Source: a virus. From it: a stretch of DNA of 64,000 nucleotides. Made by a program: the position numbers and the translations under genes. Shown here in pieces: positions 23,111 to 33,400 of the stretch (within the stretch, counting starts at the first letter, position 1; every line of letters begins with the position of its first letter). Under the pieces are notes generated by a model. It ran no database searches. It saw only the letters and a program-made list of their open reading frames with translations, and had not been told where the DNA came from. The stretch is from positions 1-64,000 of IMG/VR virus record IMGVR_UViG_3300013102_000007; one strand, written 5' to 3'.

Positions 23111-23616
23111 TATAAATTTACATATTTAAGACCATTTGCATCAACAAATGTATCACCTTTATTCCATTTTGCTAAACAAGTTTGCCAAGTATTACCTAAA
23201 GTAAGTTCTACATGTGGGTAATCTTTAAATGATTTCCAATCACCTCCCCAAACAAAACCATGTTTCTTAAAAATATCGGCCACTAGTTTCCAGTTTTTGT
23301 CTACAACCCAACTATCTTTGCCATTTATAATTAACATAAAGTCTAGTGCTAAACCATAATTGTGTAGGCTTTGGCCAGCTTTAGCATTTGATACTTTTTC
23401 ATCAGGCTCATCAATCTTACCATCACCATCATTATCTTTACCGTCTCTAGGTTGATTATAAAGGGCTGTAGAACGTTCAAAAGAACGGTAAGTTTCAGTT
23501 ATAAAGGGGTGTACACCTTTAGGAGTCTTAGCTACAGCCTCATTGTAAGCTGCTAAAGCTTTTAACCTTATTAAGGGGTGTAGTTGTGATATTCTGTTAA
23601 TTGAAGTTTGTTCCAT
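23110..23616 (-). CDS. endolysin, peptidase M15 (VanY/L-Ala-D-Glu peptidase-like)
   Basis: SLHNYGLALDF (H-x6-D) and GGDW...YPHVE zinc-ligand motifs. Asp-rich insertion DGKDNDGDGKIDEPDE. Confidence 0.8.
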   Translation of the reverse strand: MEQTSINRISQLHPLIRLKALAAYNEAVAKTPKGVHPFITETYRSFERSTALYNQPRDGKDNDGDGKIDEPDEKVSNAKAGQSLHNYGLALDFMLIINGKDSWVVDKNWKLVADIFKKHGFVWGGDWKSFKDYPHVELTLGNTWQTCLAKWNKGDTFVDANGLKYVNL

Positions 23617-23635
23617 ATCTTAATTATTTAATTTA

Positions 23636-24838
23636 TTACCAAGTTACCTCAACCGCTGATCTTATCCATGTATTAGCAGCTGTACATTCGTATCGGTATC
23701 CACCTGTAATTATTGTTTGACCTTTTATTCCTGCTCCTGTTGGAGTTGGAGCTGTACCTCCAATAGCTGGTAAAGTTGCTAATACACTATTATACTCAGG
23801 AAGATATGTATTTACATTAGTTGTTAGAGTATTTGATTGTAGTGTATTTAAAAATCCTGATTCAGAATAAGCGCTATAAGGTTGTATGGCACCATTAGTT
23901 AAAAGCTGTAAACCTATAAATGTATTACCTCCTGATAACTTAGCAAAAGTACTTAATGACCATTGCTTAGTTATGTAGCTAAAAGCTGTTTTATTGGCAG
24001 AATAATCATCTATATCACCTAAACCTCTATTAAATAACTGATCTAGTATAGTTATACCTGTACTAGAATTTAAAGTCATACTCATTCCTCCACCAGAAGT
24101 TCCTATACCAAGAGAAGCTGTATTGGAATTATCGTCAAAATTTTTACCAATTGTTAAATTAGAGGTTCTTGTAGTAGTTGGATTGGTGTATACAATTTGA
24201 GCACCTGCGGTAGAAAATAAATCTATGGAAGCATTTGTTGTAGCCCAACTACCATTGCCACCTAGTCTAAAATCTTTACCTACTTTAGTTATACCATTAG
24301 AACTAGTAAAATTAATAGAGTTATCTAACATTTGTTTAGTTATATAACTAAAAGCTGTCTTATTAGCCGAATAGTCTTGAGCATCACCTAAACCTACTCC
24401 AAATACTGTGTCTTCTATTAGAGCACCTAAAGTAATTGAAGTAGTTAAACCTACAAAATCAAAACCTCCTACATTACTACCAAATGATGTAGCTGTATTA
24501 GATAAATAAATTCTACCTTTATTAGACCCTCCAATTATAAGATCATAGGTATCAGTATCAATAGTAGTGTCTCTATCTAAAGCACCCCCTAATACAAAAT
24601 CTCCTGATGGTATATCAATTGATAAACCGTTTTTAACTGATTGACTGCTACCTCCACCAGTAGCACTAGTGCCTGTATCAACTAATCCAATCCACCAGTT
24701 ACCGTTTATACCAATGTAAGGTGTTAAACCATCTGCACCATCGTCACCTTTGGCTCCGGCTACTCCTACATTGTAACTTTTAACAACATTAACATCTTTT
24801 ATATGACAGCTGCAACCGTTTGGATTATTTTTACACAT
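23636..24838 (-). CDS. tail fibre protein
   Basis: Cys-rich N-terminus, short collagen-like GAKGDDGADG, internal duplication of GLGD..DYSANKTAFSYITKQ. Shares modules with 26625-29129. Confidence 0.6.
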   Translation of the reverse strand: MCKNNPNGCSCHIKDVNVVKSYNVGVAGAKGDDGADGLTPYIGINGNWWIGLVDTGTSATGGGSSQSVKNGLSIDIPSGDFVLGGALDRDTTIDTDTYDLIIGGSNKGRIYLSNTATSFGSNVGGFDFVGLTTSITLGALIEDTVFGVGLGDAQDYSANKTAFSYITKQMLDNSINFTSSNGITKVGKDFRLGGNGSWATTNASIDLFSTAGAQIVYTNPTTTRTSNLTIGKNFDDNSNTASLGIGTSGGGMSMTLNSSTGITILDQLFNRGLGDIDDYSANKTAFSYITKQWSLSTFAKLSGGNTFIGLQLLTNGAIQPYSAYSESGFLNTLQSNTLTTNVNTYLPEYNSVLATLPAIGGTAPTPTGAGIKGQTIITGGYRYECTAANTWIRSAVEVTW

Positions 24839-25109
24839 TTTTACTTAATTTTAAAATTTTTGAATACAAGTTCCTAACATCAACATCAGACATAAAATTA
24901 CTGTATTCTTCATTAGTGAATTTACTTTGCTCCCAAGTGTTAACCAATAGATTTCTAATATAACAAATTGTACGGGTAGCATTTAACTTCTTTACTGAAA
25001 AAGGCTTACCTAAATCAATAGAACGTGAGTAAGTTTTAACACATTTTAATGTTAAAGGTCTTACTATATTGATAATTTCATTAAACTCTTCTTTTGTTAG
25101 TACGTTCAT
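24831..25109 (-). CDS. hypothetical protein
   Basis: 92-aa ORF between fibre-module genes. Confidence 0.5.
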   Translation of the reverse strand: MNVLTKEEFNEIINIVRPLTLKCVKTYSRSIDLGKPFSVKKLNATRTICYIRNLLVNTWEQSKFTNEEYSNFMSDVDVRNLYSKILKLSKNV

Positions 25110-25115
25110 GTTATT

Positions 25116-25871
25116 TTAAGGTAATGGTAAAGGTGATGGTGGTGATTGTAAGATTATTTGAGAATCGTCAGAACAACTACACCCATTTGATAGTAATTTT
25201 GAAGCTGTACTATAGTCTTTTTCGGTAAAGGCAATTTCTGCAAATTCCTTTAAACCTAATAATTCTAGGTCTTTACAATTAACGTCACAGCAAAGCGCGT
25301 ATCTACTAGCTTGTTTAGATAATTTATAAGAAATTTGTGTAGTGTTTAACACTTTTAAATTCGATCTATAGGCGGGTAAAAATGAAGTAGCATCTTCTAA
25401 AATATCTTCTACCAATACTAAATTAGATAATGTTGTTCTAGTTTTATCAATATTGTAAACTGAAGAACCAACGATAATACTATCATAAATCTTATAGTCT
25501 ACTGAATTACCAGTCATATTTATAGATATTTCTCCTTTAGTTATGGTGGCAGTAACAGCTGAACCCACAGCCACATAGTAATCTACATTCAACACACCAT
25601 CTTCAAAAGGTAGAAATCCATCTAATACATCTTGTCCTAAAGAAATAGAACTGACTGTAAAAGGTACATGATTAACCTTATCTGTTTTATCTTGTAAAGT
25701 TGTAAAATCTTGTTTAAATATTTCGACTTCATCAAGTTGGGATAAAGTCAACCTGATAAGTTGTATTTGGCCGAGTGATGGGTTAGCACCACCATAAACA
25801 GAATCATCCCTTAAGGTTAAAAGAGAACCTGTTTTATCGAAGCCTAATGAGGTTATAATTGGAAAAGCCAT
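25116..25871 (-). CDS. hypothetical structural-module protein
   Basis: 251-aa ORF. Confidence 0.55.
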   Translation of the reverse strand: MAFPIITSLGFDKTGSLLTLRDDSVYGGANPSLGQIQLIRLTLSQLDEVEIFKQDFTTLQDKTDKVNHVPFTVSSISLGQDVLDGFLPFEDGVLNVDYYVAVGSAVTATITKGEISINMTGNSVDYKIYDSIIVGSSVYNIDKTRTTLSNLVLVEDILEDATSFLPAYRSNLKVLNTTQISYKLSKQASRYALCCDVNCKDLELLGLKEFAEIAFTEKDYSTASKLLSNGCSCSDDSQIILQSPPSPLPLP

Positions 25872-25910
25872 TCTTTATTGTTTTACACAAAGATAGCTTT
25901 AAAATAAGTT

Positions 25911-26315
25911 TTATTTACGCGAAGGTTCCTTTGCCCACAATACTAAATCACCTACTGTACCCCATTTGATGCCGTTTTTAGTAGACCAAATAGCGTAAGT
26001 TGTTTTTGAACTTTTTGTTATTTTAGTGTTAGGGTTTTGAAATACCATTCTAATATCTAAATCTGGATTTTGTTTTACAACTAACAACATTTTTTTTCTA
26101 GTTGCAGCATCCATATACCCCTTCAGTTCACATATAATACCATTCTCTAAAATTATATCAGGAGTATATTTATGTGGAGTAGCTGGTATTTCATATTTCA
26201 ATACAACACTTTCGTAAGTATGATTTATTTTAGCTAAATTTAACCCTTCTATAACAACATCCTCAAATTCCGATCTGTGGAGTAAAATGTTTTTCTTTTT
26301 CTTTCTAATTGCCAT
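25911..26315 (-). CDS. T7 endonuclease I-like Holliday junction resolvase
   Basis: HKYTPDIILENGIICELKG...RKKMLLV..QNPDLDIRMVFQNP aligns with the T7 gp3 PD..E.K core. ATG 26315 is preferred because 26333 lies inside the upstream terminator hairpin. Confidence 0.8.
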   Translation of the reverse strand: MAIRKKKKNILLHRSEFEDVVIEGLNLAKINHTYESVVLKYEIPATPHKYTPDIILENGIICELKGYMDAATRKKMLLVVKQNPDLDIRMVFQNPNTKITKSSKTTYAIWSTKNGIKWGTVGDLVLWAKEPSRK

Positions 26316-26349
26316 AAAATAAAAATACAGCACTCTTTTGGAATGCTGT
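26316..26349 (-). terminator. rho-independent terminator
   Basis: On the minus strand, ACAGCA/TGCTGT hairpin followed by ATTTTTATTTT, just after the stop of 26379-26579. Confidence 0.5.
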
Positions 26350-26378
26350 TCAAAGTTACTAATAAATTAAAGCTTATT

Positions 26379-26579
26379 TTAATCTACTTTTTTAAGTTTC
26401 TTATTAGCTTTTTCTACAACTTCTTTTTCAGTATCAGGAGCTACAGGTGCTGGTTTTGGTTTTATGAAAACTCCTACTGCTTGAGCCACTTGTGCAGCTT
26501 CTTCTAATTTAAAGGCTCCACGACTTTGAGCCACTTGTGCAGCTTCTACTAAAATTTGCAATGCTACTTGTTCATTCAT
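26379..26579 (-). CDS. hypothetical small protein with internal repeat
   Basis: Second ATG (M13 of the track ORF); the first ATG lies inside a TATATTTG -7 box. Repeat EAAQVAQ appears twice. Confidence 0.5.
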   Translation of the reverse strand: MNEQVALQILVEAAQVAQSRGAFKLEEAAQVAQAVGVFIKPKPAPVAPDTEKEVVEKANKKLKKVD

Positions 26580-26624
26580 CTTCTTTTCTCTTATTTTATT
26601 TATACAAATATACAAAAAATTATT

Positions 26625-29129
26625 TTAATGTACTACTTTTAGTAAATCACCTGTTCGATAAAATTGTCCTGCTACTAACCCACCTGTTAATGCTGCTGCA
26701 TTATCTGCATATTCATCAACAGCCAACACACCTAAAGTACCATCTGCTGCTGCTGCTACTGGCCTAGTTCCTGTGCCTGATAAAGAAACTGTTTTAACCG
26801 AACCTCCTTCTGGATTAAGACTTAATGGCTTTACAGTAACACCATCTCCTTGATAAGCTTGAATGCCAGAAATAAGGTCAGATATGTCAAATGAAAGAAC
26901 ATTGTCTGACTCGGGGTTTTTTAAAGTAAGATTTCCGTTAACTATGCCACTGCTGAAAGACCCCCAAGTCCCATCTGTGTGTATATAAAAAAGTTCTTGA
27001 CCTGAACCTGCTGCTCTATAAGATATGTTTTGAAACATTCTAAAAAATGTTTCCCCTCCTATTTGACCAATAGTTAATAGCCTTTGATCCCCACTTAAAG
27101 ATTTATTGGCTAATATCAAAACACCACCTGCATCAAGATTAGATGGAGAAGCACCTAATGATGGGAAAACCAAGGCTGTTCCGTCTGTTTCAAAATTACC
27201 TAAAGCAGTAAAATCTCCATTTGAACCAAACGAAAAAATTGATGCTGAGTCAGATGCGTTTCTTATTACAAACGCATCTTTAAATAGCCTCATAAAAGCA
27301 TTATTATTTCTTTGTCCTAGTGTAATGATTCTAGTCTCTGGATTTACAACACCTTCTTGTATGTAAGAATTATTATTTAATGTTAATAAAGTTCCTGTAT
27401 CAGAATTTATAGGATTAGTACCTAGTGATTTTGCAGATGATATACCTTCTGAAATTATTAAGTTTTCTGATATTAGTTCTTTTGTATCACTTGAAAATGT
27501 AATTCCTGCTTTTTTAAACACAGATGGAATACTTTTACCAGTCAATAATCTATTATCTTCTCTAAATAGGTATTGAAAGTTATCTACAACAAACTGAGCA
27601 GCTAAAATATTGCCTGCTGAGTTCATGTGCGTTTCATCAAACATTAGTGAAGGGGGAGGTACATCCCTACTATGAGCTAACACATCAGCAGGCAAAGATG
27701 GATTGTATTGTGATATAATAAAATCTCTAACATTTAAATAGTGATCACCAAATTCTACTTCTAAAGCTGCATTTAAAGCTAATATAGTATTATAATCAGC
27801 AGTTCCTTGGTATTGGGTTGGTATATCAGAATTAAAAACACTCAAAACAATATAATTGTTATGATCTAATAAATCAACCATGCTTCTTATATCTGATACT
27901 ATTGTAGATATCTGATTAAAATTATTCTTTCCACTCCATATCAATACAGCATTATCCCTTTGGGAAGTATTAGCTATAAATTGATTTTTAATATAAGTAG
28001 AGGTTTGCCCAGGGAATCCATTGTTGGCTGTATAAATCCCACTATTATTAGTTAATGCATTTGGGAACCTTAGTATGGTTACATCTCCTACACCACCAAT
28101 GAAACTGTCCCCCCATGCTGCTATTCTTAAGTACTTTTCAAGAGAATTACCACTTGCAGATAAAAGCCCAACATTCCCCGCCTGCACATAGTCTTCTGGG
28201 TCTGTAATTGTGAATAATTCTGATCCTGTTAATCCTCTATGTAATACATCATCTTTTATAGTAATTGGATTATTTCCTTGTAAGAACGATATAGACTGTT
28301 CTAAACTATTCCTAATTTTTTTTAGATTAAGATTATCTCCACCAAATCCAAATGAAGTATTGCCAGATCCATCACCATTCGTAGCTTGACCTGCAATTCC
28401 TCCATTAGGTATTAGTGCAAATACAGTCCCATTATTAACATCTGCTATAATAGTAGGTTCAGTTATAATACCACCTAATTTTACATTATCACCAGTACGA
28501 GTTAGTCCATTATTGAATGTTAAATTACTTCCTACACCAAAAGTATCTAATGCCCATTTTTTAGTAATAAGAGAGTTATCTGTCCAATTAGCTGAAAAAT
28601 CTTCATCATTTTCTAAACCTTTAAATCCTATAGTATCAATCACTTTCATGACACCAGTTGTACCTATTGGAGCGTTTGTTAATGTAATACTTCTTCCTTT
28701 TAGATTAACATCTTGAGCAGCTATTGAAACTTGACTTACTGACAAGTTAGGTACATCTTGTACCAATACTGAAGCATTACGTCCACTTAACTTACCATTA
28801 CCTAATACACCTAGAGTAAATGTATCAGTACTACCTGCAAATGCAATAAATGGTTTATCACTATTAGTAATATTACCTATAATAAAAGCTGTACCATCAT
28901 TGCCAAAACTATAGTCTCCACCTATTTGTACATCACCACTAGTGAGATCAACATGAAGTCCTTGAGAGGCTGTAACAGAGCCAATATCCCCTTTGTCCCC
29001 CTTATCTCCTTTCTGTAATATTATAGAAACAGGTTTATCAAAAATATCCCCATCACCACAATTACAAGAATCTTTACAACCACACTTTTTAGTGTTGTAC
29101 TCTACTGTTGTATTTTTCTTTTTAAACAT
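26625..29129 (-). CDS. tail fibre with collagen-like segment and SGNH/GDSL esterase domain
   Basis: N-terminal CGCKDSCNCGDGD, then KGDKGDKGD. Central AAWGDSFIGG (block I), SGKNN (block III), DETHMNSAGN (block V D-x-x-H). Confidence 0.75.
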   Translation of the reverse strand: MFKKKNTTVEYNTKKCGCKDSCNCGDGDIFDKPVSIILQKGDKGDKGDIGSVTASQGLHVDLTSGDVQIGGDYSFGNDGTAFIIGNITNSDKPFIAFAGSTDTFTLGVLGNGKLSGRNASVLVQDVPNLSVSQVSIAAQDVNLKGRSITLTNAPIGTTGVMKVIDTIGFKGLENDEDFSANWTDNSLITKKWALDTFGVGSNLTFNNGLTRTGDNVKLGGIITEPTIIADVNNGTVFALIPNGGIAGQATNGDGSGNTSFGFGGDNLNLKKIRNSLEQSISFLQGNNPITIKDDVLHRGLTGSELFTITDPEDYVQAGNVGLLSASGNSLEKYLRIAAWGDSFIGGVGDVTILRFPNALTNNSGIYTANNGFPGQTSTYIKNQFIANTSQRDNAVLIWSGKNNFNQISTIVSDIRSMVDLLDHNNYIVLSVFNSDIPTQYQGTADYNTILALNAALEVEFGDHYLNVRDFIISQYNPSLPADVLAHSRDVPPPSLMFDETHMNSAGNILAAQFVVDNFQYLFREDNRLLTGKSIPSVFKKAGITFSSDTKELISENLIISEGISSAKSLGTNPINSDTGTLLTLNNNSYIQEGVVNPETRIITLGQRNNNAFMRLFKDAFVIRNASDSASIFSFGSNGDFTALGNFETDGTALVFPSLGASPSNLDAGGVLILANKSLSGDQRLLTIGQIGGETFFRMFQNISYRAAGSGQELFYIHTDGTWGSFSSGIVNGNLTLKNPESDNVLSFDISDLISGIQAYQGDGVTVKPLSLNPEGGSVKTVSLSGTGTRPVAAAADGTLGVLAVDEYADNAAALTGGLVAGQFYRTGDLLKVVH

Positions 29130-29797
29130 TATTTTTTAAGAATAAATTTTCTATAAGACCAAACTCCACCAACGATTAAAATTATTAAACCAATCGCTAT
29201 AAATATTATGGTTAAAGGCTTAATAGTAGAAATAATATCTTTTGAAGAATTTATATGTTCATAGCCTACAGTAGAATTGCTGTCTACTTTACCTGATTTT
29301 ACTTCTAATTTTTTACTTCCGGTATCTACTTTAGAGGTATTTTCTTGATAATTTCTTTTTATCTGTAATTCTTCAAAAGGTACTGTTCTACTAACACCTC
29401 TGCCAGTAGAAACTTTTGCCATTAATTCATTTGTTTTTTTATTTTGAAAAATGGATACACTCACACCATTGTTGTTCACATCCACCAATTTAATAGCTGT
29501 GTCCCCTTTTAATGAACTGGAAGTGTCTAATCTAAAGGTCGCACTTAATTCAATGGGAGCTAATTCATTAGAACCTTTTCTATAAGTTATTTCCTCTGAT
29601 AAGACTTTCGAAGTTGTTTCTGACAATCCACTTTTTTCTAAAAGTGCAGAATCTTTAAATTCTTTTTTAACTGCTGTGTTACTGTTGTACTCAACTTGAT
29701 CCAGTTTTTTATTAACTGTTCTAGTTTTAAATAAACTACAGCTGTGTAAAAATACTAGTGTAAATACAAGTAGTGCTGTTATAATTGAACGTTTCAT
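29129..29797 (-). CDS. lipoprotein with C-terminal TM anchor (u-spanin-like architecture)
   Basis: Signal plus lipobox LVFLHSC, Ser/Thr-rich body, C-terminal helix LTIIFIAIGLIILIVGGVW followed by basic residues. Confidence 0.6.
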   Translation of the reverse strand: MKRSIITALLVFTLVFLHSCSLFKTRTVNKKLDQVEYNSNTAVKKEFKDSALLEKSGLSETTSKVLSEEITYRKGSNELAPIELSATFRLDTSSSLKGDTAIKLVDVNNNGVSVSIFQNKKTNELMAKVSTGRGVSRTVPFEELQIKRNYQENTSKVDTGSKKLEVKSGKVDSNSTVGYEHINSSKDIISTIKPLTIIFIAIGLIILIVGGVWSYRKFILKK

Positions 29798-30117
29798 TAT
29801 TTCTTTGGTTTAATAGTAATCGTACCTCTATTAGATTTAATATCTAAAATTTCCTTTAATTCTTCAAAGCTTTTCGAGTTGTCAATAATTCTAAGACCTT
29901 GTAAACTATCACTTTTTGCATTTGCTTTTGCTAAAGCTTTGAGTAAATCTTTCTCACGTTGGTTACTTATATCTTTTTCTTCTTTTCTAACTTTTTCTAT
30001 ATCTTGTACGCGCAGATTTTGCAAAACGGCAACATAACTACTAAGCATGAGCAAACCAGCCCAAACGCCCCTTATTACCCATTTTACAAATCCATTGTTT
30101 TCATTTGTAGTTGCCAT
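29797..30117 (-). CDS. N-terminally anchored coiled-coil protein (i-spanin-like)
   Basis: TM VWAGLLMLSSYVAVL followed by a charged helical region. Its stop overlaps the start of the lipoprotein gene. Confidence 0.55.
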   Translation of the reverse strand: MATTNENNGFVKWVIRGVWAGLLMLSSYVAVLQNLRVQDIEKVRKEEKDISNQREKDLLKALAKANAKSDSLQGLRIIDNSKSFEELKEILDIKSNRGTITIKPKK

Positions 30118-30184
30118 TAAGATTCCTATATTTTATACCTACAAAAGTAGTGTTAATTAGGAATTAATTTTTGTTAAGGTATGC

Positions 30185-30484
30185 CTACTTTTTAGTAGAC
30201 TTACCTCCTTGACCATTACGTCCTCTGTTAGTTTTTTGTGATTCTGATACGAGATTACCTTTCTTAGTGTGACTCATATCTTTTTTATCACCAACTTTTG
30301 TTTTACCAGCTGCTTGAGATTTGCGATTAGCTGCATTAAGGCTTTCACGATAATTAACTCTAGCAGGTGATTTCTGATACTCAGAGTCATATTTTTTCTT
30401 AGCTGCTATTTGAGCAGCAGTTTTACCTTTATAAGATGGATGCTTTCCGGCATTCCTATTTCTTTTATTTATATCTATGGCCAT
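30185..30484 (-). CDS. highly basic Lys/Arg-rich small protein
   Basis: 99 aa dominated by K/R/N/G, with no hydrophobic core apparent. Confidence 0.55.
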   Translation of the reverse strand: MAIDINKRNRNAGKHPSYKGKTAAQIAAKKKYDSEYQKSPARVNYRESLNAANRKSQAAGKTKVGDKKDMSHTKKGNLVSESQKTNRGRNGQGGKSTKK

Positions 30485-30486
30485 AA

Positions 30487-33400
30487 CTATTTATTTTGAT
30501 AATCTACTCTTGTTTTTCTCTCATTTGCTTTAGCTTTTAAAGCTTCTACAGCGGTTTCTTTCAAAGCTTCACCTTCTTCACCCATAGATTGTAGTGTCAA
30601 TTGTTCGGCCATTTTATCAGCAACATTTCTAATAACCTTCTCGTATTCTTCTTTAGTAAGTCTATTTTTATATTTTTCAAAAGGGTACTTACTTTTTATT
30701 TCATTTAAAGATTTATCTCTTTGTTGAAAATAAGTAACTTGTTGTTCAGGATTCAAATCATAGTCTTGTTTCAAAGTTGTTATTTTATCTACAATACCTG
30801 CATCCCTAATAGCTTTATCTAAATCTTTTGTTTTTTCACCACCTCTATCTTGTTTAACAAGTTCTTTTGTAATTCTGGTAGCAATACGTCTCATATTACC
30901 AACTTCTTGAGTAGTTGCACCAAACATACTAACACTTGCTGAAAGAGCAGAAGCATAGTTTATAAATCTATCATATTTAGGTACACCGTACTGCGCTTTT
31001 CCCTCTTCAGTTAATCTTTGCTCATCAACTACAATATCGTTGAGTTCCGCGTTTAAAACGCCATAACGTTTAAGAATAAAATCCTTATCGGTCTGAGTAG
31101 CTGCTGAAAAAGCTTTAAAAGCATCAACACCTCTTATTATAGGCAATCCAGCTGATCCTAGCGGTAAAAGACCTACTTTTAAGGCATTTGGTGTCATAGT
31201 TCTACCTAGCTCTGCATCCTTAGCTTCTTTATCAGTGTAAATAGCTTCTGTAGTCAAATCAATAACAGGGTTAAAAATTAATTCTAAGCTTGCACCACCT
31301 ATACCACCGTATAAAAAGTCTCTTAAAAGATTTTGAGTTCCAGAAACTTCTGCTTTGGTTAAAGCCACATCTGTTTCTTTTGTAACAGTCTGATTTAATT
31401 TTTTCTTTTTATTTTCATCATCTACCATAGAAGAAATAACACCTTGAATGGCGGCACCGGAACCTACTATACTTGCATATTTTAATCCTTGGGATACTTT
31501 ATTGAAAGCGTATATACCAGCTAAATTACCCATCATATTTCTAAGAGCATGACCTTTCGAAACACCATCTTGAGAACTTAAAGCTCTGTTAGTATTTGAT
31601 ATAAGTTCCATTTTACTATTGATAGCAAATGAAGAGAATAAAAGATAAGTTTTAACTAAACTATTTTTACTGAATTTACTTTTCATTGTAGCATCAGACT
31701 CATTCAATGTAACAGAAGTCATATGATTAGCGTAGTCCATAGCTTTTCTATCTACGTTTGTAGGACTTAAGTCTACACCAGCTTCGTTATTTTTCTTTTG
31801 ATAATCTATATAAAAACTTAACCAACCTATTTTAGCAGTTAATTTATCTACGCTTGCTAAAGGTTTTAAAGATAATTCTGTACCTCTGTCAATAGTTTTT
31901 TCAACACCCTCGCCTAAACTTCTTAGTAATGTTCTACTATTTGTACCATCAAACTGTCTTTGTTTTATATTACCTTGAGGCAACTCACTATATATAGCAT
32001 CCCTCCATTTAACATTAGATTGATCTATAAGTGCAACTGCATCTTTAGTATTCCCAGCTAAGTGTGATAAAGCTTGAACAAAGGCAGTATTAGTTTTCAA
32101 GCCAATATTTACAACCTCAACAAATTGTTTAGGGGCTGCAAATAAACCACCTAATGTTTGAGCTATACCTAACTTAGCAGCGGTTCTCCAAGTTCTTTTT
32201 AAAGTTTCAGGATTACTTTTGCCGTACTGCATAGCAGCAACAGTTTCAAAAACTTTTTGTTCAGCTAAAGCACTGTAAGTTTCAAACAGTCCAGTATCTG
32301 AAAATTTTTCAACAACAGGTGAAGATTTAAGGTCTAAAGCATTTTTAATATAAACTCTATCTGATCCTGTAAAAGCATCATAAGACATAATAGATAAATT
32401 CGGTAAAAAATTATCCATAAAATTACCATTCAAAACAGATTCACTAGGTAATTGATTACCTTTTAACTGTCTTGTTTTACCTGATCCTGATTTAGCAGTG
32501 TTTATACTAGAAAATGATTGACTGCCATAAGGATCAATACCTGCTGCTTGTCCTGATAATGCCTCTAATTGATTGGTGTTACCACCTAAAAAATCATATT
32601 TCCTAGTGGTATAATTTTGCCAATCAGCTTCAATATCAATATTACTATTAACACGAGCATTAAAAAAGAAATCATCTTTTATACTATCATGACTTTCTCT
32701 AGAAAGTTTATAAAATTCTTTGTGGCCTTGATCGAATAAACCAAATAAATCGCGAGAACTTATTTTAGGTTCAACACTTACAACAACACCTTTATCATTT
32801 CTTTCAACATTACCTATAATAGGTTCTAGAGCTTTTTCTAAATTTTTAATATAGTTTTCATTTTCAGCTTTAAAACTTGAATTCTGTTCAGCTCTTAATT
32901 TTAAACGCTCCAAAGTATTTTGCCAAGCGGCTAATCTATTGCCATATTCGGCAGTTATTTGTTCTGGTGTCCAAGAATTTCTGTATTGAACAACATCCGC
33001 ATAAATACCTAATTGAATATTTTTTACAACATTTTTAAAATCTTTAGAATATTTTTTATTTAAACTAACTAATTTTTGTCTTACTCCATCTACAAATTTA
33101 TAATGTTTATTATTAGTATTAAATACTAAATCAGAAAGACCTGTTACATTTTCAATTTCAGGTATTTTCATCTGATTTTTAAGTCTTAAATCTTTACGTT
33201 GACTACCAGAACCAAATTCATCAAATTGTTTTTGTAACCAAACTTTAGGTACAAGAATTGCTTTTTGAATAGTGCCTATTAAATTTTCATCTAAAGATTT
33301 TTTATAAACTTCATTTTTAGCAACTATATCACCTAATCCAGTCACGCTACCATAATTAACTAAATTAGTCAATCCGGCTACTAAGCTAGGTAAATTTGAG

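Noticed and set aside
23636-24838. Internal duplicated segment of the 400-aa fibre, considered as a possible diversity-generating retroelement (template/variable repeat).
   Set aside because: There is no reverse transcriptase anywhere in the window. The two copies differ at all base types rather than at adenines only, and both are inside the same ORF.
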